Below are positions 1-8,355 of a DNA stretch of 56,376 nt, in pieces. The position numbers were made by a program, and so were the translations under genes. Positions within the stretch are counted from its first letter, which is position 1, and each line of letters opens with the position of its first letter. The notes under the pieces were generated by a model. That model did no database searches. It was not told the DNA's origin and saw only the letters and a list, made by a program, of their open reading frames with translations. The DNA comes from a virus (taxonomy: Duplodnaviria > Caudoviricetes): the IMG/VR virus record IMGVR_UViG_3300036715_000633, positions 1 to 56,376 of that record, one strand, 5' to 3'.

Positions 1-127
1 AAGCCTCGCATTGCCACCAACGAAACGCAACACTAAGGAGAACGTCTTGGTCCAACTCGCCATCAACACCCTAGCCGCAATCGACGCTCAAATGGCGAGC
101 GATCAAGGCGCCTCTTACCGCACGTTC
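1..127. repeat. Terminal direct repeat, copy 1 (127 bp; circular contig overlap)
   Basis: 1-127 (aagcctcgca...cgcacgttc) is identical to 56250-56376. The length matches a common assembler k-mer (127). Confidence 0.95.
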
Positions 128-952
128 CTCGGTGTCGTAATGCCACACATGGCGGACGCGTATCGAGGCGCGGACGAGGGTTACCGTAGCCACATGGGAG
201 CGTCCCTGATCGGTTCAGAGTGCGCACGCAAAATCTGGTACGGCTTCCGCTGGACTAGCAAAGGTGCATTCAGTGCGCGGATCCTGCGTCTGTTCAATCG
301 CGGACACCTCGAGGAGGCACGCTTTATTTCGATGCTGCTGGCGATCGGCTGCGAAGTCTACCAGCATGACGAGAACGGCAAACAATTCCGCATCAGCGAT
401 GTTGGCGGACACTTCGGTGGTAGCGGCGATGGCGTCGCAATGAAGGTGCCTGATGTACCGGAAGGGTACGCATGTCTGCTGGAGTTTAAAACCCACAACG
501 CCAATTCATTTAAAAAATTAGTGACTGAAGGGGTTCGCTCTGCGAAGTTTGAACACTTTGTCCAAATGCAAGTTTACCTGCGTAAGATGGGAATTCATTA
601 CGCACTGTATATGGCAGTTAATAAAAACGACGACGACATATATGGCGAAATCATCACGGTGGATCCCCTCGTTGGAGATCAATTCGTGGACCGTGCGCGT
701 ACTATAATATTCATGCACGAGGCTCCTAAGCGCATCAGCAACAGCGCGGGATACTTTGAGTGCAAATGGTGCGACTACCACCCAATCTGCCACATGAAAA
801 AAATGCCTGATACGACCTGCCGTACCTGTAACCACATTATGCCTGTTGGCGATGGCACATGGTTCTGCAATCAAAAGAACGCCGACCGCAGCAAAGAGGA
901 CCAGCTGGTTGGTTGCAGTGAATGGGCTCCTAACATCACGTTTGGCAAATGA
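47..952 (+). CDS. PD-(D/E)XK / Cas4-like phage exonuclease
   Basis: Motifs CARKIWY, GSGDG..LLEFKT, QMQVY and C-terminal Cys clusters (CKWCDYHPIC, CRTC). Likely TTG start at 47 behind AAGGAG, just after the MazG stop across the contig join. Confidence 0.8.
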   Translation: MVQLAINTLAAIDAQMASDQGASYRTFLGVVMPHMADAYRGADEGYRSHMGASLIGSECARKIWYGFRWTSKGAFSARILRLFNRGHLEEARFISMLLAIGCEVYQHDENGKQFRISDVGGHFGGSGDGVAMKVPDVPEGYACLLEFKTHNANSFKKLVTEGVRSAKFEHFVQMQVYLRKMGIHYALYMAVNKNDDDIYGEIITVDPLVGDQFVDRARTIIFMHEAPKRISNSAGYFECKWCDYHPICHMKKMPDTTCRTCNHIMPVGDGTWFCNQKNADRSKEDQLVGCSEWAPNITFGK

Positions 953-2634
953 AGGCCCGTTATTATCAAACCGAAGCGGTTGCAGCCGTCTGGGATTACT
1001 TTGAATCGAAACGCGGTTCCAAGGACGACTGCAACCCGCTGGTACTTATGCCAACGGCCACAGGTAAAAGTGTGGTCATTGCGCTGCTAATCAAATCCAT
1101 CTTTGATTCGTATTTCAACCAGAAGGTCCTCGTGCTTACGCACGTTAAGGAACTGGTCGGGCAGAATTACGAACGCCTCAAACAAGTCTGGCCCGGAGCC
1201 CCTGCTGGAATTAACAGCGAAGGGCTTAAACAGCGTGACTACCACTCCTCAATTATTTTTGCAGGTATCGGTTCCGTAAAGGGCAAGCCTGAACTATTCG
1301 GCAAAGTTGATTTGGTCCTCGTTGATGAATGCGACCTAATCAGCCCTAGCGAAAATACCACGTATATGAAATTCCTGTCGGCGCTGCGCAAGACCAATCC
1401 TTATCTGCGGGTGATCGGTTTCACTGCGACAGCATGGCGAACAGGTCAAGGTCATCTGGTCAATGGCGGTATATTCACGGATGTCTGTTACGACATAACG
1501 TCCTTCGAGGCTTTCAATAGACTGTTGGACGAAGGGTACCTTTGCAACCTGATCCCACCTAAAACCAAACTACTGCTGGACGTTAGCGGTGTTGGTTTAG
1601 TCGGCGGTGAATTCAACCAGGGGAAGTTGGCTGAGGCTGTCGATAAGGACGACGTAACATGGGCAGCATTGCAAGAGACGGCGCAATGGGCGCAGGATCG
1701 AAAGCATTGGCTAATATTCGCGCAGGGTGTCCATCACGCACTAAAGATAGGCGAAATGCTGACCTACATGGGAATCTCGAATGTGGTCATACATAGCGAC
1801 CTGAGCGACAAAGACCGGGACGAGGGTATCGCAGGATATAAGGCAGGTAAATATCAGGTTGCGGTCAACAACAACGTTTTAACGACAGGGTTTGATTTCC
1901 CTGCCATCGATTTGATTGTGGTGTTACGTCCCACGATGTCGTCCCGCCTGTGGGTGCAAATGCTTGGCCGTGGAATTCGGCCACTATACGCGCAAGGGTA
2001 CGACTTGACGACGACCGAAGGGCGACTGGAGGCCATCGCATCAAGCGATAAACCGTACTGCATGGTTCTGGACTTCGCAGGTAATACGCGCAGGCTAGGT
2101 CCTATCAACGATCCCGTGATCCCAAAAGGTCGCGGCAAAGGACCTCCTGGAACTGCCCCTATTAAAGAATGCCCGAATTGCGGGACGTTAAATCACGCCA
2201 AGGCTACGCATTGCATTTTCTGCCGATACAAGTTTGATTTCGCCGTCAAGATCAAGGACGAGGCCTCGTCGGTCGATGTCATTAAAAAGACCGTGGAGCC
2301 GATTATCGAGGAATTCGCCATCGACCACGTGAGTTACGCGAAAGTGCAGCGTTTGCCGAATCCGCCCGCAATGCAAGCGACGTATTTTTCTGGCCTGCGA
2401 CGGTTTAAAGAAATCGTTTGTTTCGAGCATGAAGGTTACCCGGGTCGCGCTGCGGGCAACTGGTGGAAGGCACGAACGTCCGAGCCGATGCCTGTTAGTA
2501 CGGACTGGGGGCTTGCTGTAGCTGATAAGCTACCCGTTCCGACATTCCTGCGTGTGTGGACCAACAACAAGCCTTACCCGCAGATTGTCGCGTCAACATT
2601 CGACCCTAACGGATTCAAAGGTACGGAATTGTAG
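949..2634 (+). CDS. Superfamily 2 DNA helicase (RadD/YejH-like) with C-terminal Zn ribbon
   Basis: Walker A PTATGKS, DECD, TAT, LTTGFDFP, QMLGRGIR, CPNC..CIFC. Confidence 0.9.
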   Translation: MKARYYQTEAVAAVWDYFESKRGSKDDCNPLVLMPTATGKSVVIALLIKSIFDSYFNQKVLVLTHVKELVGQNYERLKQVWPGAPAGINSEGLKQRDYHSSIIFAGIGSVKGKPELFGKVDLVLVDECDLISPSENTTYMKFLSALRKTNPYLRVIGFTATAWRTGQGHLVNGGIFTDVCYDITSFEAFNRLLDEGYLCNLIPPKTKLLLDVSGVGLVGGEFNQGKLAEAVDKDDVTWAALQETAQWAQDRKHWLIFAQGVHHALKIGEMLTYMGISNVVIHSDLSDKDRDEGIAGYKAGKYQVAVNNNVLTTGFDFPAIDLIVVLRPTMSSRLWVQMLGRGIRPLYAQGYDLTTTEGRLEAIASSDKPYCMVLDFAGNTRRLGPINDPVIPKGRGKGPPGTAPIKECPNCGTLNHAKATHCIFCRYKFDFAVKIKDEASSVDVIKKTVEPIIEEFAIDHVSYAKVQRLPNPPAMQATYFSGLRRFKEIVCFEHEGYPGRAAGNWWKARTSEPMPVSTDWGLAVADKLPVPTFLRVWTNNKPYPQIVASTFDPNGFKGTEL

Positions 2635-2671
2635 CTTTTTGAATTATTTTCGTTATTTTCGCAAATAGTGG

Positions 2672-2700
2672 TTTACAACTGCAAACGTCGCCGCTATGAT
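2672..2700 (+). promoter_or_regulatory. sigma70-like promoter
   Basis: TTTACA-17 bp-TATGAT upstream of the ORF starting at 2753 (GAGGA RBS). Confidence 0.6.
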
Positions 2701-2752
2701 GTGTACATGGATGCAACAAATGTCCACAACCGAAAATCACGAGGAAATCAAA

Positions 2753-3319
2753 ATGGAACTGAAATTCTATAGCGCCAAATCGAAAGCGACCCGCGCCCTG
2801 TCCGAAACCTTCGGCGTAACTGATCCAGCACAGCAGCAAATTTTGCTGTTCAAAGGTGAGGATGGTCGCTGGGGCTTCTCGGTCGAGGCTGCGCAAACTC
2901 TGAACGTCGAAACCGTTGCGCGGGAAGATGCTGCCGTGGCTGCGTTAGGTAACAATTTCAGCGACACCGAAAAGCTGCCAGCCGAGCAAGTAAAATCCGA
3001 GCCTGTTGTCCTCGGCGCTGTTTTCGATAAGCCTGCCGACAAAGTGATGTCCTCGATTGTTGAAACCAACAAAGCGAACGCCGCTCCTGCTGCGCCAGTT
3101 AAAAAACTGTCCGCTAAAAATCACATCCGCAAAATGTTTACCGAATTCGCTCCAGGCGGCGCCTTCACCATGTCGCAACTGTGCGGGACTTCCTACAGCG
3201 AAGCGAACATCAAAACCGCGTTGTCCGATCTGAAAAATAAACTGTACGCCGATGGTGATGTGTTGATCGTCAAACGCACTCGCAGCGCAACCGACGGGCT
3301 CGACTACTACAGCATCTAA
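2753..3319 (+). CDS. Hypothetical protein with putative C-terminal winged-helix domain (paralog of 3371..4060)
   Basis: ATG at 2753 behind GAGGA. Ala/Pro/Lys linker followed by KNHIRKMF...IKTALSDLKN...DGLDYY. Confidence 0.65.
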   Translation: MELKFYSAKSKATRALSETFGVTDPAQQQILLFKGEDGRWGFSVEAAQTLNVETVAREDAAVAALGNNFSDTEKLPAEQVKSEPVVLGAVFDKPADKVMSSIVETNKANAAPAAPVKKLSAKNHIRKMFTEFAPGGAFTMSQLCGTSYSEANIKTALSDLKNKLYADGDVLIVKRTRSATDGLDYYSI

Positions 3320-3326
3320 TACAGAA

Positions 3327-3351
3327 GGCGGGCTAACCACCCGCCCATTTT
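3327..3351 (+). terminator. Probable intrinsic terminator
   Basis: GGCGGG-7 nt-CCCGCC followed by CATTTT. Confidence 0.5.
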
Positions 3352-3370
3352 AAACGTTGGAGATTGCCGA

Positions 3371-4060
3371 ATGAATATTTTGATCGACCGCACCCGCATG
3401 GGATTTTGTTACCGTCATCCTGACATGCGCACCGTTTTTAACCTCGCGCATGTCGAACTTCCAAACAGTCACGTTATCGCCTTTTGCGAGGAGGACGACG
3501 CTGAGGTTGGCCACAGTGCGTTCGAGACCTTGTCGGACCTCGAGGTTAAATTGTTGTATCGGAATACGACGGGCGAGACGGACCTCGGTTTAACCAGCCG
3601 TCAGACGGTTGTATCCGCGCTGTACGCGGCGATTGCGAAACTCCCGATAACTGACGCCGACCCGTGCGAGGCGAGCCGTCAAGCCACGTTTGTGCTTGAT
3701 CGTGAAATGGACGTCTATAAATACGTCAAGGGCTCCGATAAACCACGCGTGATGCCTGACGAGTGGGCACCCGAACTGCTACGGTCCACGGATAAAGTTG
3801 TCAACGTTCCAGCCCGCGAAGTTCCAATTGCCAAGGCTACACCTAAGGCGTCAACGGGCGGCGTCAAGCAACATATCCGCGCCATGTTCGAGAAGGCCGA
3901 ACAATACACGATGGAGGCACTGACGTCCGACGGTCGCTTTTCTGTCGCGTCGATCAAAACGGCGTTGTCAGATTTGAAAAATGAAAAATATGCCGGCGGT
4001 GAAATTCTTGTCACCACCCGCATGAAAATTGATGGCGCGGACTATTACGTTAAAGGATGA
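3371..4060 (+). CDS. Hypothetical protein with the same putative C-terminal DNA-binding domain
   Basis: GGAG RBS. C-terminus KQHIRAMF...IKTALSDLKN...DGADYY aligns with the upstream ORF. Confidence 0.7.
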   Translation: MNILIDRTRMGFCYRHPDMRTVFNLAHVELPNSHVIAFCEEDDAEVGHSAFETLSDLEVKLLYRNTTGETDLGLTSRQTVVSALYAAIAKLPITDADPCEASRQATFVLDREMDVYKYVKGSDKPRVMPDEWAPELLRSTDKVVNVPAREVPIAKATPKASTGGVKQHIRAMFEKAEQYTMEALTSDGRFSVASIKTALSDLKNEKYAGGEILVTTRMKIDGADYYVKG

Positions 4061-4090
4061 TTTACAAAATAAATCCCACGATGTTATAGT
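4061..4090 (+). promoter_or_regulatory. sigma70-like promoter
   Basis: TTTACA-18 bp-TATAGT with an extended -10 TG. Confidence 0.5.
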
Positions 4091-4147
4091 TAGACATCGC
4101 AGCAGAAATTTAAACCGGTAACAAAACTCACCTTAGGAGATTCAAAA

Positions 4148-4546
4148 ATGAGCACCCAAACCCTCGAAGAAATCATGGCCCAGGCAAAAATCGACCGCGA
4201 AGCTGAAAAGGCACGCGCCGATCAAGAAAAAGCTGCCAAGGCTGAACAGTCGGCACAGCGCAAAGCGGAACAGGAGGCCAAGAAGGCTGAACGCGAAAAG
4301 CTGAAGGCTGAACGCGAAGCCAAGAAAACCGAAAAACAACCAGAACAGAATGGCGTCCGTCGTCCACGTCCTGACTCCCTGTGCGGCGCCGCCTGGGCTG
4401 TGATGGATGAGGTCACCCTGACCAACGGTCGTATGTGCACCATCGCCGAAGTGATCGAACGCGCCCAGCAACTGAACCCGTCGGTTAATATCAACAACCT
4501 GCGCGGCGAATTCGTTCGCTGGAAACGTTTCAACGGCGTAATCTAA
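4148..4546 (+). CDS. Hypothetical protein: charged coiled coil plus small putative DNA-binding domain
   Basis: AGGAG RBS. K/E/A-rich N-terminal half; C-terminal NGVRRP...CGAAWAVMD...RWKRFNG. Confidence 0.7.
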   Translation: MSTQTLEEIMAQAKIDREAEKARADQEKAAKAEQSAQRKAEQEAKKAEREKLKAEREAKKTEKQPEQNGVRRPRPDSLCGAAWAVMDEVTLTNGRMCTIAEVIERAQQLNPSVNINNLRGEFVRWKRFNGVI

Positions 4547-4703
4547 TCCGGCCGGCCCGCTTCCCACCTTGACGCTGGGCCACTGGTAATAGTTGCTTTG
4601 TGCTATGATTGCTAATCGCAATTGAAAACAAGCCTGCCCTGTGAAATGCGGGGCAATTCCCATAGCCCGAAACCAGCCACGCGCTGTTAAAACCGAGGTC
4701 CTC

Positions 4704-5402
4704 GTGATTAATATTCAACCCATCGACAAGAAAACCGTTTCCGACGGAACCTTCCTCGATCTGCATTCCATCTTTTATACCATCCAAGGCGAAGGTCCTT
4801 TCGCCGGTCACCCTGCCGTATTTGTTCGCCTTGCGGGCTGTAATCTTCGTTGCCCTAGCTGCGACACTGATTATACCGAAGGTCGTCGCATCGTCCACCA
4901 CAAGGACATTGTAGATGGCGTGCTGTCGTTATTCCCTACTCGCGGTCGCCTGCATAAACTTGTGGTCATCACGGGCGGCGAACCCTTCCGCCAGAACCTG
5001 ACGAAATTGGCCTATGCGCTGAATGATGCAGGTTGCCACATTCAAGTGGAAACGAATGGCTCCCTGGCGGCACAAGGCGAGTTCCCGTTCCATGATAACG
5101 CCACGATTGTGTGCAGTCCCAAATCGGGCAAAATTGCCATTCAGCATGTGGACGTCTACAAATACGTGATTGACCGTAACAGCGTCGATCCTGTGGACGG
5201 TTTGCCAATCGAGGTGCTGGGTCATTCTGCCAGCCCTCACGTTGCACGCCCGCCTGCCGATTTCGATGGTCCAATCTATGTGCAGCCGATGGACACAAAG
5301 ACGGACGCGACGAAATTAAACATCGAAGCCGCCCGCCGTATCAGCATGGACCACGGCTACATCCTGCAACTGCAAATTCACAAAATCATAGGAGTGGAAT
5401 AA
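4704..5402 (+). CDS. queE: 7-carboxy-7-deazaguanine synthase (radical SAM)
   Basis: IFYTIQGEG, FVRLAGCNLRCPSCDT (CxxxCxxC), VITGGEP, ETNG, SPK, QIHK. Probable GTG start at 4704. Confidence 0.95.
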   Translation: MINIQPIDKKTVSDGTFLDLHSIFYTIQGEGPFAGHPAVFVRLAGCNLRCPSCDTDYTEGRRIVHHKDIVDGVLSLFPTRGRLHKLVVITGGEPFRQNLTKLAYALNDAGCHIQVETNGSLAAQGEFPFHDNATIVCSPKSGKIAIQHVDVYKYVIDRNSVDPVDGLPIEVLGHSASPHVARPPADFDGPIYVQPMDTKTDATKLNIEAARRISMDHGYILQLQIHKIIGVE

Positions 5403-6152
5403 ATGAAAGCCTTGGTTATCTTATCCGGTGGTCAAGATTCGACCACCTGCCTGTTTTGGGCAAAGCATTTTTACGAAGAGGTCCACGCGATTACGTTCGA
5501 CTACGGCCAGCGTCACTCCCTCGAAATCGAAGCGGCCCGTAAAGTTGCCAAGATGGCGGGCGTGGCTTCGCACGAAGTTATCGCACTGCCGAACTGCCTC
5601 GTATCGACCAGCCCGCTGACCTCAAACGAGGAACTGGAGCAATACTCCGACCATCGTCAAATGGAAACCGCCATCGGGGATCGTGTCGAAAAAACGTTCG
5701 TTCCTATGCGCAACATGCTGTTTTTCACCGTTGCAATGAATCGCGCCGTGGCGCTGGGCTGCACGCGTTTGGTAACGGGCATCTGTCAGGAAGATAACGC
5801 CAACTACCCCGACTGCACAGAAGATTTTCGCCAGCTGTTTGAGGAGACCGCAAACCAATCGCTAGGCCGAGATTCCGACCAGTTCCGAATCATCGCACCA
5901 TTAATGGATCGGTCGAAGGCTGACACCTGCAAGCTGGCGTGGTCGCTGCCCGGTTGCTGGATGGCGCTTGCGCATAGCCACACCAGCTACGACGGCAAGT
6001 ATCCGCCAACCGACATGAACCACGCCAACGTGCTGCGTGCAAAAGGCTTTGAAGATGCTGGCCTGCCCGATCCGCTGGTTGTGCGTGCATGGATGGAAGG
6101 TCTGATGCCGCTGCCGCGCACCACAAATTATAACGACGTACCGGGGGCGTAA
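5403..6152 (+). CDS. queC: 7-cyano-7-deazaguanine (preQ0) synthase
   Basis: PP-loop SGGQDSTT, FDYGQRH, TFVPMRN, YPDC. No N-terminal glutamine amidotransferase domain, so it is not Gat-QueC. Confidence 0.95.
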   Translation: MKALVILSGGQDSTTCLFWAKHFYEEVHAITFDYGQRHSLEIEAARKVAKMAGVASHEVIALPNCLVSTSPLTSNEELEQYSDHRQMETAIGDRVEKTFVPMRNMLFFTVAMNRAVALGCTRLVTGICQEDNANYPDCTEDFRQLFEETANQSLGRDSDQFRIIAPLMDRSKADTCKLAWSLPGCWMALAHSHTSYDGKYPPTDMNHANVLRAKGFEDAGLPDPLVVRAWMEGLMPLPRTTNYNDVPGA

Positions 6153-6619
6153 TGTATTACAGCACAAAGACCTATGGCCATGAAATTGGCTTATCCGCTG
6201 CATTTCGTCAATGGCGCGCCGAATCGCATTGCCGTCTGATCCACGGCTATTCGTTGGCGATTAAATTCGTTTTCGAGTCCGAGGACCTCGACGTTCGCAA
6301 CTGGGTTGTGGACTTCGGCAGTTTGAAGTCCCTCAAGGGTTGGCTGGAATCGACCTTTGACCACACGTTGCTGGTCGCCGAAGATGATCCCGAGAAGGAC
6401 CTTTTCGTTGCGCTCGACAACGCAGGTGTGGCGCGGATCGTTGTCGTACCCGCGACCGGCTGCGAAGCGTTTGCGGAATTAATTCACGAATGCACAACCG
6501 TGTGGTTAAAGGATAATGGCTATTCGCCGCGGGTGCGTTTGACCTCGGTAGAAGTTAAGGAACACGGTGCGAATAGTGCAATTTTTACTGGAGACAATAA
6601 ATGTCCAAACCTGTTTTGA
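6152..6619 (+). CDS. queD: 6-carboxy-5,6,7,8-tetrahydropterin synthase
   Basis: CRLIHGY, VVDFG, FDHTLL, E...VKE T-fold motifs. Confidence 0.92.
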   Translation: MYYSTKTYGHEIGLSAAFRQWRAESHCRLIHGYSLAIKFVFESEDLDVRNWVVDFGSLKSLKGWLESTFDHTLLVAEDDPEKDLFVALDNAGVARIVVVPATGCEAFAELIHECTTVWLKDNGYSPRVRLTSVEVKEHGANSAIFTGDNKCPNLF

Positions 6620-7182
6620 ATCTCGACCAATTCCACGAGGAAGATTTGATGCGCTTATTTTTGCAGCGCATCGCAGGCGTCAGTCCACACCGCGAAGGTC
6701 TGCAGGAAACACCTAAACGAGTAATCAAAGCGTGGCGTAAGTGGACCGAAGGTTACGAAATGAACGCCGCCGAAATCCTCAAGGTGTTTGAAGATGGCGC
6801 GGAGAATTACGACCAGATGGTGATGGTCAAAGATATTCCGATCTACAGCAAATGCGAACACCATCTGGCTGATATCTTCGGCACCTGCACGATTGCCTAC
6901 ATTCCGAATGGTAAAATTGTGGGCCTGTCGAAACTGTCGCGCCTCGCCGATATGTTTGCGCGTCGGTTGCAGGTCCAAGAACGTTTAACGCAGCAAATCG
7001 CGGACGCGTTGCAGGAACATTTGCAACCTATCGGCGTGGGCGTTATCGTTAAGGCGCGCCATATGTGCATGGAATCGCGTGGTATCTGTCAGCAAGGGCA
7101 CCACACCATTACAACAGCACTGCATGGCGCAATGAAGGACGATGCGCAAACGCGCAACGAATTTTTATCCATGGCCAAATAG
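6601..7182 (+). CDS. folE: GTP cyclohydrolase I
   Basis: ETPKRV, CEHH, GLSKLSR, RRLQVQERLT, HMCMESRG. Confidence 0.97.
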   Translation: MSKPVLNLDQFHEEDLMRLFLQRIAGVSPHREGLQETPKRVIKAWRKWTEGYEMNAAEILKVFEDGAENYDQMVMVKDIPIYSKCEHHLADIFGTCTIAYIPNGKIVGLSKLSRLADMFARRLQVQERLTQQIADALQEHLQPIGVGVIVKARHMCMESRGICQQGHHTITTALHGAMKDDAQTRNEFLSMAK

Positions 7183-7190
7183 GAGCAATC

Positions 7191-7835
7191 ATGGCGCAAA
7201 ATGATTCATTGGACAAAGTTATTCCGACGTACTTTGGCGCCTTTGCCACTGTGCCTTTTGTCTGGAAAAACAAGGAATATCGCCCGCGGACGCTTCGCGT
7301 GTCGCCGCATCTGGCTAGAGGGCTTTCGTGTCCTCCGATGTGCGGTGGCTGCTGTCCTAAATTCTCGTTGGATTATTTGCCATTTGAGGATAAACCATAC
7401 GACCTCGTGGAGCGCGAAGTTACCATTTTGGGTAAAACGTTTTCGGTGTTTTCGGATACGCAAAAAGGTAATTATACCAGCCGTTGCAAAAACGTCCGAC
7501 TTGATGACGGTCGGTGCTCCATTCACGGCAAACAGCCCTTTTCGTGCGATTTTGAGATAATCAGGGTTAAACATTTCAACGACCTGACTATGCCAAATCA
7601 AGTTTTGACAGCGCCATATGGACGCGGTTGGCAGTTGTTCCGCGTTGATAATAAAATGGGCGCACTGTGCGGCATCGAGGATGCTACGCAAGAAAATGCC
7701 AACGAGGCTGCGCGAAAATTGCGACGACTCAAAGGGTGGATGGAATACTTTGAAATTCCCCACAAATGTGACCGCGCCATCGCCTATCTGGAAAATGGCG
7801 AATGGAAAAACAATCAACCTATTTTCATCAACTGA
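7191..7835 (+). CDS. Cys-rich putative metalloprotein (CxxxCxxCC, YkgJ/FliB/DUF3109-like) inside the 7-deazaguanine operon; candidate base-tailoring enzyme
   Basis: ATG at 7191 behind AGGAG. CPPMCGGCC...RCKNV...GRCSIHGKQPFSC. Lies between folE and queF. Confidence 0.6.
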   Translation: MAQNDSLDKVIPTYFGAFATVPFVWKNKEYRPRTLRVSPHLARGLSCPPMCGGCCPKFSLDYLPFEDKPYDLVEREVTILGKTFSVFSDTQKGNYTSRCKNVRLDDGRCSIHGKQPFSCDFEIIRVKHFNDLTMPNQVLTAPYGRGWQLFRVDNKMGALCGIEDATQENANEAARKLRRLKGWMEYFEIPHKCDRAIAYLENGEWKNNQPIFIN

Positions 7836-7841
7836 CCTAAC

Positions 7842-8351
7842 ATGAACTCCTCCAAACACTTATCCGAAAACCTGCAAGCGCTGGGCAGCGAAAAGACCGC
7901 GTATTCTTACGACGCGCCGCGTAGCGCGTTGCTCGAAACGTTCCCTAGCCCAACAGCCGACAACGCGCTGAACCCGCACAGCGCCGCGCAAACGCTGCAA
8001 ATTCGCTGCCCTGAATTTACCAGCCTTTGCCCTAAAACGGGCCAGCCTGATTTCGCCACCATCGTTATCGAATACGAAGCCGACAAGGTTTGCGTGGAAT
8101 CTAAGTCGCTTAAACTGTACCTGGGTTCGTTCCGTATGTCCGGCGAGTTTCACGAGGCTTGTGTTAATCGCATCTGTAACGACCTCGTGACCCTGCTGGA
8201 TCCGAAATGGATCATGGTTCGCGGTGAATTCACTCCACGCGGCGGGATCCCGTTCTGGCCGACTAGCACCTGGCATCGTCGCCATGAAGGCTTTGGCGCA
8301 ATTGGTCACGACCTGCAAGCCCCTGGCTTGAATATGGCTTACGAAGGTTAA
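7842..8351 (+). CDS. queF: NADPH-dependent preQ0 reductase, unimodular type
   Basis: EFTSLCPKTGQPDFA (catalytic Cys and Asp), QueF motif ESKSLKLY, FHE, PRGGI. Confidence 0.95.
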   Translation: MNSSKHLSENLQALGSEKTAYSYDAPRSALLETFPSPTADNALNPHSAAQTLQIRCPEFTSLCPKTGQPDFATIVIEYEADKVCVESKSLKLYLGSFRMSGEFHEACVNRICNDLVTLLDPKWIMVRGEFTPRGGIPFWPTSTWHRRHEGFGAIGHDLQAPGLNMAYEG

Positions 8352-8355
8352 ACGA

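Noticed and set aside
11-46. N-terminal extension of the exonuclease given in the ORF track
   Set aside because: It overlaps the MazG 3' end across the contig join. The RBS position favours TTG at 47.
1-127. Terminal repeat as a biological DTR
   Set aside because: Exactly 127 bp, starting inside the MazG gene and ending inside the exonuclease gene. This fits a k-mer overlap of a circular assembly, not a packaging end.
47-952. Cas4-like nuclease as evidence of CRISPR-Cas
   Set aside because: No repeat-spacer array or other cas genes seen. It fits a Sak4/SSB/exonuclease recombination module.
4621-4700. Canonical preQ1 riboswitch
   Set aside because: I found no preQ1-I type stem-loop with an A-rich tail. 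Kept only as a low-interest structured leader.
7842-8351. QueF-like (QueF-L) amidinotransferase making archaeosine
   Set aside because: The NADPH-binding QueF motif ESKSLKLY is intact, indicating a true reductase.
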